From assembly GCA_018780365.1 (NCBI GenBank), contig JADMJR010000069.1:9502-73501 (forward strand): a stretch of 64,000 nucleotides of DNA, given 5' to 3'. Under the pieces are notes generated by a model that was not told the origin of the DNA, searched no databases, and was given only the letters and a program-made list of their open reading frames with translations. Of the stretch, positions 20,054-29,452 are shown in pieces. The stretch is from Acidovorax sp. Lineage in GTDB: Bacteria > Pseudomonadota > Gammaproteobacteria > Burkholderiales > Burkholderiaceae_C. The stretch's first letter is position 1; each line of letters opens with the position of its first letter. The position numbers and the translations under genes were made by a program.

Positions 20054-22519
20054 TCAATCCACCACCGTCAACTTGGCCACCGACAGCGCCAGCCACTTGG
20101 TGCCGTGGCGCGGGAAGTTGACCTGCGCACGCGCGTCGTCGCCCGTGCCCTCGATGGCCAGCACCTTGCCTTCGCCGAACTTGGTGTGGAACACGCTGAT
20201 GCCTGCGCGCAGGCCGTGGGAGGGTGCCGCCTTCTGCACGGGCACGGGCGGGCTGGCAAAGGTCTCGGATTTGGAACCAAACTGGCCTCTCGCGCCTGAT
20301 CCATAAGCGCTACCAGCTCCTGAATTGGGAGCAAAACTTGGCGCATAGGAGCCAAACCCCTGCTGCTTGGGCGTGATCCACTTGAGCGCGGCTTCCGGCA
20401 GTTCGTCAAAAAAGCGGCTCTTGATGTTGTAGCGCGTCTGGCCGTGCAGCATGCGCGTTTGCGAGTGGCTCAGGTACAGGCGCTTGCGGGCGCGGGTGAT
20501 GGCCACGTACATCAGGCGGCGCTCTTCCTCCAGGCCATCGCGCTCGCTGGCGGAGTTTTCGTGGGGGAACAGGCCTTCTTCCATGCCGCCGATAAACACA
20601 CCGTCAAACTCCAGCCCTTTGCTGGCGTGCACGGTCATCAGTTGCACGGCGTCTTGCCCGGCCTGGGCCTGGTTGTCGCCCGCCTCCAGCGCCGCGTGGG
20701 TCAGGAAGGCGGCAAGGGGCGACAAGGTTTCGCCGGTGTCGATGTCCACGATGCCGGGCACGGCGGGCTTCAAAGGTTCATCGAGCACTGGCGCATTGGG
20801 GTCGATCCCCTGGCTCACGGCGCTTTGCGTGAGCGGCGTGCCGTGCTCGTCGAGCGGCAGGGCCACGGCGTCGCGGCCAAAGCCTTCTTGCGTAACAAAA
20901 CTCTCGGCGGCGTTGACCAGTTCCTGCAAGTTCTCGATGCGGTCGGCGCCTTCTTTTTCGGTGCGGAAATGTTCCACCAGCCCCGTGGATTCGAGCATCT
21001 GCTCGATGATGCCGCGCAGGTTCAGCCCCTGGGTCTGCTCGCGCAGCACATCGACCATGGCCACGAATGCGCCCAGGTTGGCGCCCGCCTTGCCGGGCAC
21101 GGCGCTCACCGCGTCGTGCAGCGAGCAACCGACGGCGCGGGCCGCGTCCTGCAGCACCTCGATGCTGCGCGCGCCGATGCCACGCGGCGGAAAGTTGACG
21201 ACGCGGGTGAAGCTGGTGTCGTCGTGCGGGTTCTCCAACAGGCGCAGGTACGCCAGTGCGTGCTTGATTTCGGCACGCTCAAAAAACCGCAGGCCGCCGT
21301 ACACGCGGTAGGGCACAGACGCATTGAACAGGGCCGATTCGATCACCCGGCTTTGCGCATTGCTGCGGTAGAGCACAGCGATTTCCTTGCGCTCAAAGCC
21401 GTCGCTGCGCACCAGCTGCTTGATCTCATCCACCATCCACTGCGCCTCGGCCAGGTCGGAGCTGGCCTCGTACACGCGCACGGGCTCGCCCGCGCCCTGC
21501 GTGGTGCGCAGGTTCTTGCCCAGGCGGCGGCTGTTGTGGCTGATGAGGTGGTTGGCCGAGTCGAGGATGTTGCTGAAGCTGCGGTAGTTCTGCTCCAGCT
21601 TGATCTGGCGCTGCACATCGAACTCGCGCACAAAGTCGGTCATGTTGCCCACGCGCGCGCCACGGAAGGCGTAGATGCTCTGGTCGTCGTCGCCCACGGC
21701 AATCACGCTGCCACGCGCCTCGTAGCGCCCGCCCACGTCGTTGCCCGCCAATTGCTTGAGCCACGCGTACTGCAGCTTGTTGGTGTCCTGGAACTCGTCC
21801 ACCAGAATGTGCGCAAAGCGGCGCTGGTAATGCTCGCGGATGGCGTCGTTGTCGCGCAGCAGCTCGTAGCTGCGCAGCATCAGCTCGCCAAAGTCCACCA
21901 CGCCTTCGCGCTGGCATTGTTCCTCGTACAGCTGGTAGATCTCGACCTTTCTGCGCGCATCGCTGTCATTCGTCTGCACGTCGCCGGGGCGCAGGCCTTC
22001 TTCCTTGCAGTTGGCGATGAAATAGGACAGCTGCTTGGGCGGAAAACGCTCGTCGTCCACGTTATGCTGCTTGCACAGGCGTTTGATGGCCGAGAGCTGG
22101 TCTTGGGTGTCAAGGATCTGGAACGACTGCGCCAGCCCCGCCGCCTTGTGGTGCGCGCGCAAGAGCCGGTTGCACAGGCCGTGGAAGGTACCGATCCACA
22201 TGCCACGCACGTTGACAGGCAGCATGGCCGACAGACGGGCCACCATCTCCTTGGCGGCCTTGTTGGTGAAGGTGACGGCCAGGATGCCGCCGGGCGTGGC
22301 GTAGCCGTTTTGCAGCAGCCAGGCGATGCGGGTGGTGAGCACGCGCGTCTTGCCCGAGCCCGCGCCCGCCAGGATGAGCGCGTGGCCTGCGGGCAGCGTG
22401 ACGGCAGCCAGCTGCTCGTCGTTCAGGTTGGCCAGGAGGGGCGATGCAGCCGAGGCCGCAGCAGCGTGTGGGGGCACCAGGGCTTCGGGTGCACCCGGGA
22501 ACGGGTCTTGTGGGAACAT
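20054..22519 (-). CDS. uvrD: DNA helicase II
   Basis: LAGAGSGKTRVL, TFTNKAA, VDEFQDTN, VGDDDQSIY, LEQNYRS, MTVHASKGLEF, EERRLMYVAITRA; C-terminal Tudor-like H.KFGEG. Confidence 0.96.
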   Translation of the reverse strand: MFPQDPFPGAPEALVPPHAAAASAASPLLANLNDEQLAAVTLPAGHALILAGAGSGKTRVLTTRIAWLLQNGYATPGGILAVTFTNKAAKEMVARLSAMLPVNVRGMWIGTFHGLCNRLLRAHHKAAGLAQSFQILDTQDQLSAIKRLCKQHNVDDERFPPKQLSYFIANCKEEGLRPGDVQTNDSDARRKVEIYQLYEEQCQREGVVDFGELMLRSYELLRDNDAIREHYQRRFAHILVDEFQDTNKLQYAWLKQLAGNDVGGRYEARGSVIAVGDDDQSIYAFRGARVGNMTDFVREFDVQRQIKLEQNYRSFSNILDSANHLISHNSRRLGKNLRTTQGAGEPVRVYEASSDLAEAQWMVDEIKQLVRSDGFERKEIAVLYRSNAQSRVIESALFNASVPYRVYGGLRFFERAEIKHALAYLRLLENPHDDTSFTRVVNFPPRGIGARSIEVLQDAARAVGCSLHDAVSAVPGKAGANLGAFVAMVDVLREQTQGLNLRGIIEQMLESTGLVEHFRTEKEGADRIENLQELVNAAESFVTQEGFGRDAVALPLDEHGTPLTQSAVSQGIDPNAPVLDEPLKPAVPGIVDIDTGETLSPLAAFLTHAALEAGDNQAQAGQDAVQLMTVHASKGLEFDGVFIGGMEEGLFPHENSASERDGLEEERRLMYVAITRARKRLYLSHSQTRMLHGQTRYNIKSRFFDELPEAALKWITPKQQGFGSYAPSFAPNSGAGSAYGSGARGQFGSKSETFASPPVPVQKAAPSHGLRAGISVFHTKFGEGKVLAIEGTGDDARAQVNFPRHGTKWLALSVAKLTVVD
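20270..20334 (+). repeat. ~65-bp repeat copy inside the uvrD CDS
   Basis: TTTGGAACCAAACTGGCCTCTCGCGCCTGATCCATAAGCGCTACCAGCTCC-N7-GGAGCAA. Confidence 0.75.
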
Positions 22520-22562
22520 GCGGCCATTGTAGAAAGCGCCCCGGCGCCCTCCCCTGGAGCCC

Positions 22563-23291
22563 ATGAAAAACATTGTCCGCACCCTGGCCAGCCTGTTGGC
22601 CCTCGCACTGACCCATGCACCTTCTGCGCTGGCCCAGGCCAGTTGCAGCAGCGACGGCACGCCACAGCCCGTGGCCATTTTCGAGCGCTTCATCAGCGCC
22701 GACTGCGAAGTCTGCTGGAGCGATGTGGCCACACCCGCGCCCTCTGCCACGGCGGGCGCCGCGGTCCTGGACTGGATCGTGCCGGGCAAGGCCGGCGACG
22801 ACGCGCCCCTGTCGGCTGCCGCCACCAGCGACGCCCTGGCCCGCCTGCACGCAATAGGACGCAAGCCACCAACCACCACGGACGTGTTTGTCGCCTCGGT
22901 CGATGCGCCCCTGCCTGCGCGGCTTCGCGTGGCCCACGGCTTGCCTTTCAACGACTATCTGGGCACCGGCATCTCGTTGACACCCGCACGCAAGGCACAG
23001 CCACAGGCCACACCGGCCGCTCCGCTGGCTTTTCATCTGCTTCTGGTCGAGGCGGTGCCCGCAGGCAGCGATGGCACGGTCGTGCCCCGCGCCATCGTCC
23101 GGAATCTGCTGCAGGGCACGTGGACGGAGAGTGGCCTGCAAGCGAGCGCCAAAGGTACGCCGCCCCACTGGATGGAGACCCGTTCCATGCGCATCCCGGA
23201 CGGTGCCAAGGCAGAACGCCTGCGCCTGGTGGGCTGGGTGCAAGACGCCGAAGGACGCGTTATGGCGGCAGCCCAGTCCGTATGCAGGTAA
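22563..23291 (+). CDS. Exported protein with CxxC, DUF1223/thioredoxin-like
   Basis: Signal peptide ..ALA; FERFISADCEVCW; C-terminal LVGWVQD. Confidence 0.65.
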   Translation: MKNIVRTLASLLALALTHAPSALAQASCSSDGTPQPVAIFERFISADCEVCWSDVATPAPSATAGAAVLDWIVPGKAGDDAPLSAAATSDALARLHAIGRKPPTTTDVFVASVDAPLPARLRVAHGLPFNDYLGTGISLTPARKAQPQATPAAPLAFHLLLVEAVPAGSDGTVVPRAIVRNLLQGTWTESGLQASAKGTPPHWMETRSMRIPDGAKAERLRLVGWVQDAEGRVMAAAQSVCR

Positions 23292-23304
23292 TACCGCTGC
23301 CGTT

Positions 23305-23333
23305 ATGACGGCCATTTTTGAGGCGGGTAGAAT
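23305..23333 (+). promoter_or_regulatory. Sigma70-like promoter of guaC
   Basis: ATGACG-17 nt-TAGAAT. Confidence 0.55.
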
Positions 23334-23495
23334 CAATCACCGGGCCCAAGTTTCTTGACGCCCGGTTTTTTGTGCCCACGCACCGTGGGGTTCGGAGCTG
23401 GCCACCACGCCAGTGCCCACAAAGCCGGTCCCAAGCCAAGCGCCCACCGCGGCAAAAATCGTTTTACCGCGTCCTTTGATGGAGCTTGGAATCTC

Positions 23496-24473
23496 ATGGA
23501 AATCTTCGACTACGACAACGTCCTGCTGCTGCCCCGCAAATGCCGCGTGGAGAGCCGCTCGGAATGCGACGCGAGCGTGGAGCTGGGCGGCCGCTCGTTC
23601 CGCATCCCCGTGGTGCCAGCGAACATGAAAACGGTGGTGGACGAAAAGATCTGTACCTGGATGGCACAGAACGGTTACTTCTACGTCATGCACCGCTTCG
23701 ATCTGGACAACGTCCAGTTCGTCAAAGACATGCATGCCAAGGGTTGCTATGCCTCGATTTCGCTGGGAGTGAAGCAGCCCGACTACGAGACCGTGGACCG
23801 GCTGGTGGCCCTGGGCCTGACACCCGAGTACATCACCATCGACATTGCCCACGGCCATGCCGACAGCGTGAAGAACATGATCGGCTACCTCAAGGCCAAG
23901 CTGCCCAAGGCCTTCGTGATCGCCGGCAACGTGGCCACACCCGAGGCCATCATCGACCTGGAAAACTGGGGCGCCGACGCCACCAAGGTGGGCGTGGGCC
24001 CGGGCAAGGTGTGCATCACCAAGCTCAAGACCGGCTTTGGCACGGGCGGCTGGCAGCTGTCGGCCCTCAAGTGGTGCGCGCGCGTGGCGACCAAGCCCAT
24101 CATTGCCGATGGTGGCATCCGCAGCCACGGCGACATCGCCAAGAGCATCCGTTTTGGCGCCAGCATGGTGATGATCGGCTCGCTGTTCGCGGGCCATGAG
24201 GAATCACCCGGCAAGACAGTGGAAGTGGATGGTGCGCTGTTCAAGGAGTATTACGGCTCGGCCAGCGACTTCAACAAGGGCGAATACAAACACGTCGAGG
24301 GCAAGCGCATCCTCGAACCCGTCAAGGGCCCACTGGCCGGCACGCTGGTGGAGATGGAGCAGGATGTGCAAAGCTCCATCAGCTATGCCGGTGGCAAGAA
24401 GCTGATGGACATCCGCAAGGTGAACTACGTGATCCTGGGCGGCGACAACGCGGGCGAACACCTGTTGATGTAA
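23496..24473 (+). CDS. guaC: GMP reductase (type 2)
   Basis: [49 protein letters not shown]. Confidence 0.95.
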   Translation: MEIFDYDNVLLLPRKCRVESRSECDASVELGGRSFRIPVVPANMKTVVDEKICTWMAQNGYFYVMHRFDLDNVQFVKDMHAKGCYASISLGVKQPDYETVDRLVALGLTPEYITIDIAHGHADSVKNMIGYLKAKLPKAFVIAGNVATPEAIIDLENWGADATKVGVGPGKVCITKLKTGFGTGGWQLSALKWCARVATKPIIADGGIRSHGDIAKSIRFGASMVMIGSLFAGHEESPGKTVEVDGALFKEYYGSASDFNKGEYKHVEGKRILEPVKGPLAGTLVEMEQDVQSSISYAGGKKLMDIRKVNYVILGGDNAGEHLLM

Positions 24474-24507
24474 CTCGGTGCCAGTGGCCTGCTATGCAGG
24501 CCCTGCA

Positions 24508-25395
24508 TCAGGATCGCAGCAGGTTTTGCGCCATGTGGTGCAGGTCATGGCCCGGCTTGGCCAGTGCATCCACGATGCTGAAGTGGTTCAGCCCTGGCAG
24601 CAACTGGCTGCGCGGCACAAAGTGGCTGCCCCATGCGGCCTGCATCAGATGGTTCTGGCGCACGAACTCCGGGCTCTCATCACCGCCCACGGCACAGAAA
24701 AGCACGCCCTCCTCTGGCGCCGGCAGTCGGGCCGGGCTGAACTGCAGCACCTGCTGGTCCGTCAGGTGCAGCACCGACTGGTACATGGGCGTGTACATGA
24801 TGGGCTCCAGATCATGCAGCCCTGAAATCGACAAGGCATTGCGCACCAGGCCATCGGGCAGCCCGTTGCCGATGAGCGGCCACACGCTGGTCAGCAGCAT
24901 CGCGGCCAGATGCCCGCCCGCCGAGTGCCCGGCCACGGTGATGCGCCGCGCATCCCCGCCATGGTCGGCAATGTGGTGCGCCACCCAAGCGAGCGCTTTT
25001 TCCATCTGCCGCACGATGTGGGGGATGGTGACCGGCGCCTCGGGCGTGCCGGGACACAGTGCGTAGTTCACCACCACCACACAAAAGCCAGCCTGGGTGA
25101 ATGGGGGGGCCACGAAGGAATGGTCGGACTTGTCGAGCGACCGCCAGTAACCCCCATGGATGAACACCAGCACGGGCACGGGCACAGGCGCCCCCTGTGC
25201 ACGCACGGGGGGAAAAACATCCAGGGTTTCGCCCACCCCGGCCCCATAGGCCACGTCGAGCACACATGGCACATGGGCCCGGACCTGTGCCGAATCCTGA
25301 GCCCAGCGCTGCAGGTAGTCCATGTGTTCGGGCACCAGCGCACGGTTGTTGTACATGCGCTCCAGCCAGGCGGGGTCGTTCAAGGGCAAGGTCAT
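24508..25395 (-). CDS. Alpha/beta hydrolase (arylformamidase-like)
   Basis: FIHGGYW, GHSAGG nucleophile elbow, LNHF; SD AGGAG upstream of MTLP. Confidence 0.88.
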   Translation of the reverse strand: MTLPLNDPAWLERMYNNRALVPEHMDYLQRWAQDSAQVRAHVPCVLDVAYGAGVGETLDVFPPVRAQGAPVPVPVLVFIHGGYWRSLDKSDHSFVAPPFTQAGFCVVVVNYALCPGTPEAPVTIPHIVRQMEKALAWVAHHIADHGGDARRITVAGHSAGGHLAAMLLTSVWPLIGNGLPDGLVRNALSISGLHDLEPIMYTPMYQSVLHLTDQQVLQFSPARLPAPEEGVLFCAVGGDESPEFVRQNHLMQAAWGSHFVPRSQLLPGLNHFSIVDALAKPGHDLHHMAQNLLRS

Positions 25396-25547
25396 GGGCA
25401 GTATCTCCTGGGGGCAAGAACGGGCCCCTTGGGCATCATCTTTCCATTCGTTCCATGCTGCAAGCTCCTTGACAGACTGACGCACGCAAATAGGCACATG
25501 ATGGCGTCAGAGACAGCCTCCGCACTCCCTGCTCCAAAGAAAAACGC

Positions 25548-26432
25548 ATGACCACTACACCACTACGCATCGCCGTCCTCGGCATTGGCATGATGGGGTT
25601 GCCCATGGCTCGCCGCCTGCGCGAAGCGGGCCACCAGGTGCATGCCTGGAACCGCACGCGCGCCAAGGCAGAGCCCCTGGTCCCCTACGGCATCACCGTA
25701 GACACCATGCCGGAAGACGCAGTTCGGAATGCGGATGTCGTGATCAGCCTGCTGGAAAATGGCCCCGTCGTGGGCCATGTACTGTTCGACATGGCCACCG
25801 CCCGGTCCCTGCGCAAAGACAGCTTGTTCATCGACATGGCCTCCATCCAGCCCAGCGAGGCCCGCGACCACGCGGCACGCCTGGGAGAGCTGGGCGTTGC
25901 CCACCTGGACGCCCCCGTATCCGGCGGCACCGTGGGCGCCGAAACGGGCACCCTCGCGATCATGGTGGGGGGACGGCCCGAGGACTTCCAGCGCGCCCAA
26001 CCCGTATTTGCACACCTGGGCCGCGCCACGCATGTGGGCCCCCATGGCGCAGGCCAATTGGCCAAGCTGGCCAACCAGATGATTGTGGGCATCACCATCG
26101 GCGCCGTCGCAGAAGCTTTGCTGTTTGCTGCCAAAGGGGGCGCCGACATGGCCAAGGTGCGCGAAGCCATCAGTGGCGGTTTTGCCGACAGCCGCATCCT
26201 ACAACTGCACGGCCAGCGCATGGTGGAGCGCGACTTTGCCCCGCGCGGGCGCATGGCCGTGCAGCTCAAGGACCTGCGCAACGCCATGGCCACGGCCACA
26301 GAAACGGGCTTCGACGCCCCCATCACCGCGCTGTTCGAGACACTGTATGCCCAAGGTGTGGACCATGGGCTGGGAGAACTGGACCACAGCGGCCTCTTCG
26401 TGGAACTGGCCAGCCGCAACGCTATGCAATAA
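25548..26432 (+). CDS. NAD(P)-dependent beta-hydroxyacid dehydrogenase (tartronate semialdehyde reductase-like)
   Basis: GIGMMG.PMA, WNRT, LDAPVSGG, KLANQ, KDL. Confidence 0.9.
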   Translation: MTTTPLRIAVLGIGMMGLPMARRLREAGHQVHAWNRTRAKAEPLVPYGITVDTMPEDAVRNADVVISLLENGPVVGHVLFDMATARSLRKDSLFIDMASIQPSEARDHAARLGELGVAHLDAPVSGGTVGAETGTLAIMVGGRPEDFQRAQPVFAHLGRATHVGPHGAGQLAKLANQMIVGITIGAVAEALLFAAKGGADMAKVREAISGGFADSRILQLHGQRMVERDFAPRGRMAVQLKDLRNAMATATETGFDAPITALFETLYAQGVDHGLGELDHSGLFVELASRNAMQ

Positions 26433-26446
26433 TTTTTCACCTCGAC

Positions 26447-26476
26447 TTGCCAACGTCAGAAAAACTAGTGCATAAT
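26447..26476 (+). promoter_or_regulatory. tRNA promoter
   Basis: TTGCCA-18 nt-CATAAT. Confidence 0.6.
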
Positions 26477-26517
26477 TCGAGGCTCTGCAGCAATGCAGAC
26501 AGATCAACAAAAGATTT

Positions 26518-26593
26518 GGGTTCTTAGCTCAGTTGGTAGAGCAGCGGACTCTTAATCCGTAGGTCGAGTGTTCGAGTCACTCAGGACCCACCA
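26518..26593 (+). tRNA. tRNA-Lys (CTT)
   Basis: GGGTTCT/GGACCC acceptor stem, AGCTCAGTTGGTAGAGC D-arm, anticodon loop CT-CTT-AA, TTCGA T-loop, encoded CCA. Confidence 0.97.
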
Positions 26594-26611
26594 AATCTAA
26601 GCCGCAAGGCA

Positions 26612-26649
26612 AAAAAAGCCTGCTACCTATATAAGTAGCAGGCTTTTTT
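26612..26649 (+). terminator. Intrinsic terminator after the tRNA (bidirectional shape)
   Basis: AAAAAAGCCTGCTAC / GTAGCAGGCTTTTTT. Confidence 0.85.
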
Positions 26650-27001
26650 GTTTTCAGAACGACAGCCCCCTCTTGCAGCCAGCATGGGCGCTTCGCCCGG
26701 AAGTCTGCCGGTGCATCCTCTGACCACCAGGCCCTAGCGCCCTGGTGTCCACCTTCCCCAGGTGGCAACGAACGCGTCTTGACCGAGACAGCCCCGATTC
26801 CATCCGCCAGGTTGCCCTCAGCCATCGGCTGTGATCACATCGGGCTGGCAGGTTGTTTTCCCCATTGAATCCACGTGCCACCCCGCAGCGTATCCACGGC
26901 GGACATGGCCAAAACAATCGTCTGGCAATTGCAAACAAATGTCTTCCAAAGATTTGCCGCACAAGCAGATAGCTACACTTTGTCAAACAAATGACACGCG
27001 A

Positions 27002-29452
27002 ATGACACACCCGCGAAGCACGGCCGGAAATGCTGCCACTCACCGGGCAAGAGCAATCAAGAACACTGTGATATCCAGTAAAAAAACAATCTGTACGCCT
27101 CCCGTTTTGGTTGCGCTCATCACCGCTGGCCTGATCTCTCTGCCCCACCCTGCTGCCAACGCACAGTCTTCCAAATCGCGCGATGCTGCGGCCAGGGAAC
27201 GGGCCCAGGCCAGGCAGGAGCGCGATGCCGTGCGCAAGGCGGCGGCGGAAGGCGTGGCCACCAGTGCTCCCACGTCCGAGCAGCCTGCCACCCCACTCCC
27301 ATCCCGCCAATGGAAAACCAGCTTGAAAGACCTGGGTGTGGCGCGCCCCATAGCCCTGCGCGGTGTGGAAAGCGAAGCCAGCGTGGGCGTGAGTGTGCGG
27401 CGTGACGAGATGGTGGAAGCCGCCAAGCTGCGCCTGACATTCACGCTCTCGCCCGCCCTGATCCCAACGCTGTCGCACCTCAAGGTCATGCTCAACGACG
27501 AGACGCTGCAAACACTCGTGCTCGACAAGGAGCGCCTGGGTGCGCCGCAGACGGTCGAACTCAACATCGACCCACGCTACTTCACCGACTACAACCGCTT
27601 CCGCTTCCAGTTCATCGGCCACTACACGATGGAATGCGAGGCGCCCAACCATTCAAGCCTGTGGGCCACCATCAGCAATGAAAGCCGGCTGGATCTGTCG
27701 CTGCGCCAGATCCCCCTGCGCGACGACCTGGCCTTGCTGCCTGCGCCGTTCTTCGACCCACGCGACAACCGGCCGGTGAACCTGCCTTTTGTGTACGGCA
27801 ACAAGCCCAGCACGGGCACGCTCAAAGCCTCGGGGTCCATTGCCAGCTGGATCGGCATGCTCGCCGGTTACCGGGGTAACCAGTTTCCGGCGTTCGAGAA
27901 CCAGCTGCCGCGCCAGCACGCCGTGGTGCTGGCCACCAACGACAACCGCCCCAGCTTCCTGCAAACCCTGCCTACCGTCACGGAGCCCACACTCTCCATC
28001 ATTCCCCACCCCGAAGTCCCAGGTGCCAAGCTGCTGCTGGTGCTGGGCCAGGACGACACCCAGTTGCAGATGACCGCCGATGCGCTGGCCCTGGGCAAGG
28101 CCGTACTGTCGGGGCAGACCATTGCCGTCAAGTCGCTGGAATACCCGGCCCTTGCCAAGCCCTACGATGCGCCGCGCTGGATCACCACGCAGCGCCCCGT
28201 GAAGCTGGCCGAGCTGGTGTCCAGCGCTTCGGAACTGCAGCTGCGTGGCTCGGTGCTCAACGACACGGTGAACGTCTACACGCGCATGGCACCCGACCTG
28301 TTCACCTGGAACGCCAAGGGTGTGCCGCTGGACCTGACCTACCGCTACACACCCAACAGTGTGTCGGACCACGGTGCGCTGAACATCTCGATCAACAACC
28401 AGTTCATCCAGTCCTACCCACTGCAGTCACGCGAAGACCGCACCAGCAGCAAGAGCACGGTGATGCTGCCGCTGTTTGACGACGGCAGCGCGCAGACCCG
28501 CTCGGACCTGAAAATCCCTGCCTTCATGATCGGCGGCGACAACCAGCTGCAGTTCGCCTTCCAGATTCCGCCCAACGACCTGGGCCGCTGCCGCTCGGCA
28601 CCACCCACCGAACTGTTCGCGGCCATCGACCCGCAGTCCACCATCGACCTCACGGCTTTCCGCCACTATCTGGCCATGCCCAACCTGGCAGCCTATGCCA
28701 ACAGCGGCTTCCCCTTCACGCGGGTGCCAGATCTGGCGCAGACCTCCATCATCCTGCCCAACCAGCCCACAACCTCCGATGTGGAGGTGTTCCTCACCGC
28801 TGTGGGCCGCATGAGTGCATCCACCGGCTACCCCGGCACGCGCTTTACGCTGCTGCGCGCAGCCGACGCCGACAAGGCGGCCAATACCGACATCCTGGTG
28901 ATCTCCCAGGCCGACAGCGACGGCCTGCTGCAAAAATGGAAGAACCACCTGCCGGCCCTGCTGGCGGCAGGCGCGCGTTCGGTGCAACCGCTGGAGCGCG
29001 CCATGGGCTCTTTCATCGACCTGTTCAACCTCGAACCCCACCAGCGCCTGTCCGCTTCGGGCGGCCAGGCCGTGCTGCAGGGCAAAGGCCCGCTGGCGGC
29101 CGTGACGGGCTTCGAGTCCCCACTGACCGCCGGGCGCAGCGTGGTGGCACTCACGGCCACCGACAAGGACGCCATGTCCTTGCTGAGCCAGGGCCTGAAC
29201 GACGCAGGCAAAATCAAGAGCCTGCGTGGCGACCTCGGACTGATGCGCGGTGATGCCATTGAGAGCTTCCGCATCAAGCCCGTGTACTACGTGGGTGATC
29301 TGCCCTGGTGGCAGCGCCTGTGGTTCCATATGCACAGCCATCCGCTGTTGCTGGCCCTGGTGGGCATTGGCACCGGCCTGCTGCTGACTTTCATTGTTTA
29401 CGCCGCGCTGCGCAGCATGGCACGGCGCCGACTGGCTGCACACCATGACTAA
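27002..29452 (+). CDS. bcsB: Cellulose synthase regulatory subunit (start may be GTG 27068)
   Basis: SPALIPTLSHLKV.LN, FIGHY..CE.P..S.LW, LPAPFFD.RD, F.HY..MPNL...NSGFPFTR, YYVGDLPWW, C-terminal TM. Confidence 0.95.
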   Translation: MTHPRSTAGNAATHRARAIKNTVISSKKTICTPPVLVALITAGLISLPHPAANAQSSKSRDAAARERAQARQERDAVRKAAAEGVATSAPTSEQPATPLPSRQWKTSLKDLGVARPIALRGVESEASVGVSVRRDEMVEAAKLRLTFTLSPALIPTLSHLKVMLNDETLQTLVLDKERLGAPQTVELNIDPRYFTDYNRFRFQFIGHYTMECEAPNHSSLWATISNESRLDLSLRQIPLRDDLALLPAPFFDPRDNRPVNLPFVYGNKPSTGTLKASGSIASWIGMLAGYRGNQFPAFENQLPRQHAVVLATNDNRPSFLQTLPTVTEPTLSIIPHPEVPGAKLLLVLGQDDTQLQMTADALALGKAVLSGQTIAVKSLEYPALAKPYDAPRWITTQRPVKLAELVSSASELQLRGSVLNDTVNVYTRMAPDLFTWNAKGVPLDLTYRYTPNSVSDHGALNISINNQFIQSYPLQSREDRTSSKSTVMLPLFDDGSAQTRSDLKIPAFMIGGDNQLQFAFQIPPNDLGRCRSAPPTELFAAIDPQSTIDLTAFRHYLAMPNLAAYANSGFPFTRVPDLAQTSIILPNQPTTSDVEVFLTAVGRMSASTGYPGTRFTLLRAADADKAANTDILVISQADSDGLLQKWKNHLPALLAAGARSVQPLERAMGSFIDLFNLEPHQRLSASGGQAVLQGKGPLAAVTGFESPLTAGRSVVALTATDKDAMSLLSQGLNDAGKIKSLRGDLGLMRGDAIESFRIKPVYYVGDLPWWQRLWFHMHSHPLLLALVGIGTGLLLTFIVYAALRSMARRRLAAHHD

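Noticed and set aside
20700-20880. ~55-aa acidic/Pro-rich segment in the UvrD 2B region as an intein or mobile insert
   Set aside because: No intein terminal motifs and normal codon usage; likely a lineage-specific loop.
26930-26980. Possible extra copy of the 65-bp repeat upstream of bcsB
   Set aside because: Only AGCTAC and a weak left flank match; the closing ATAGC arm is missing.
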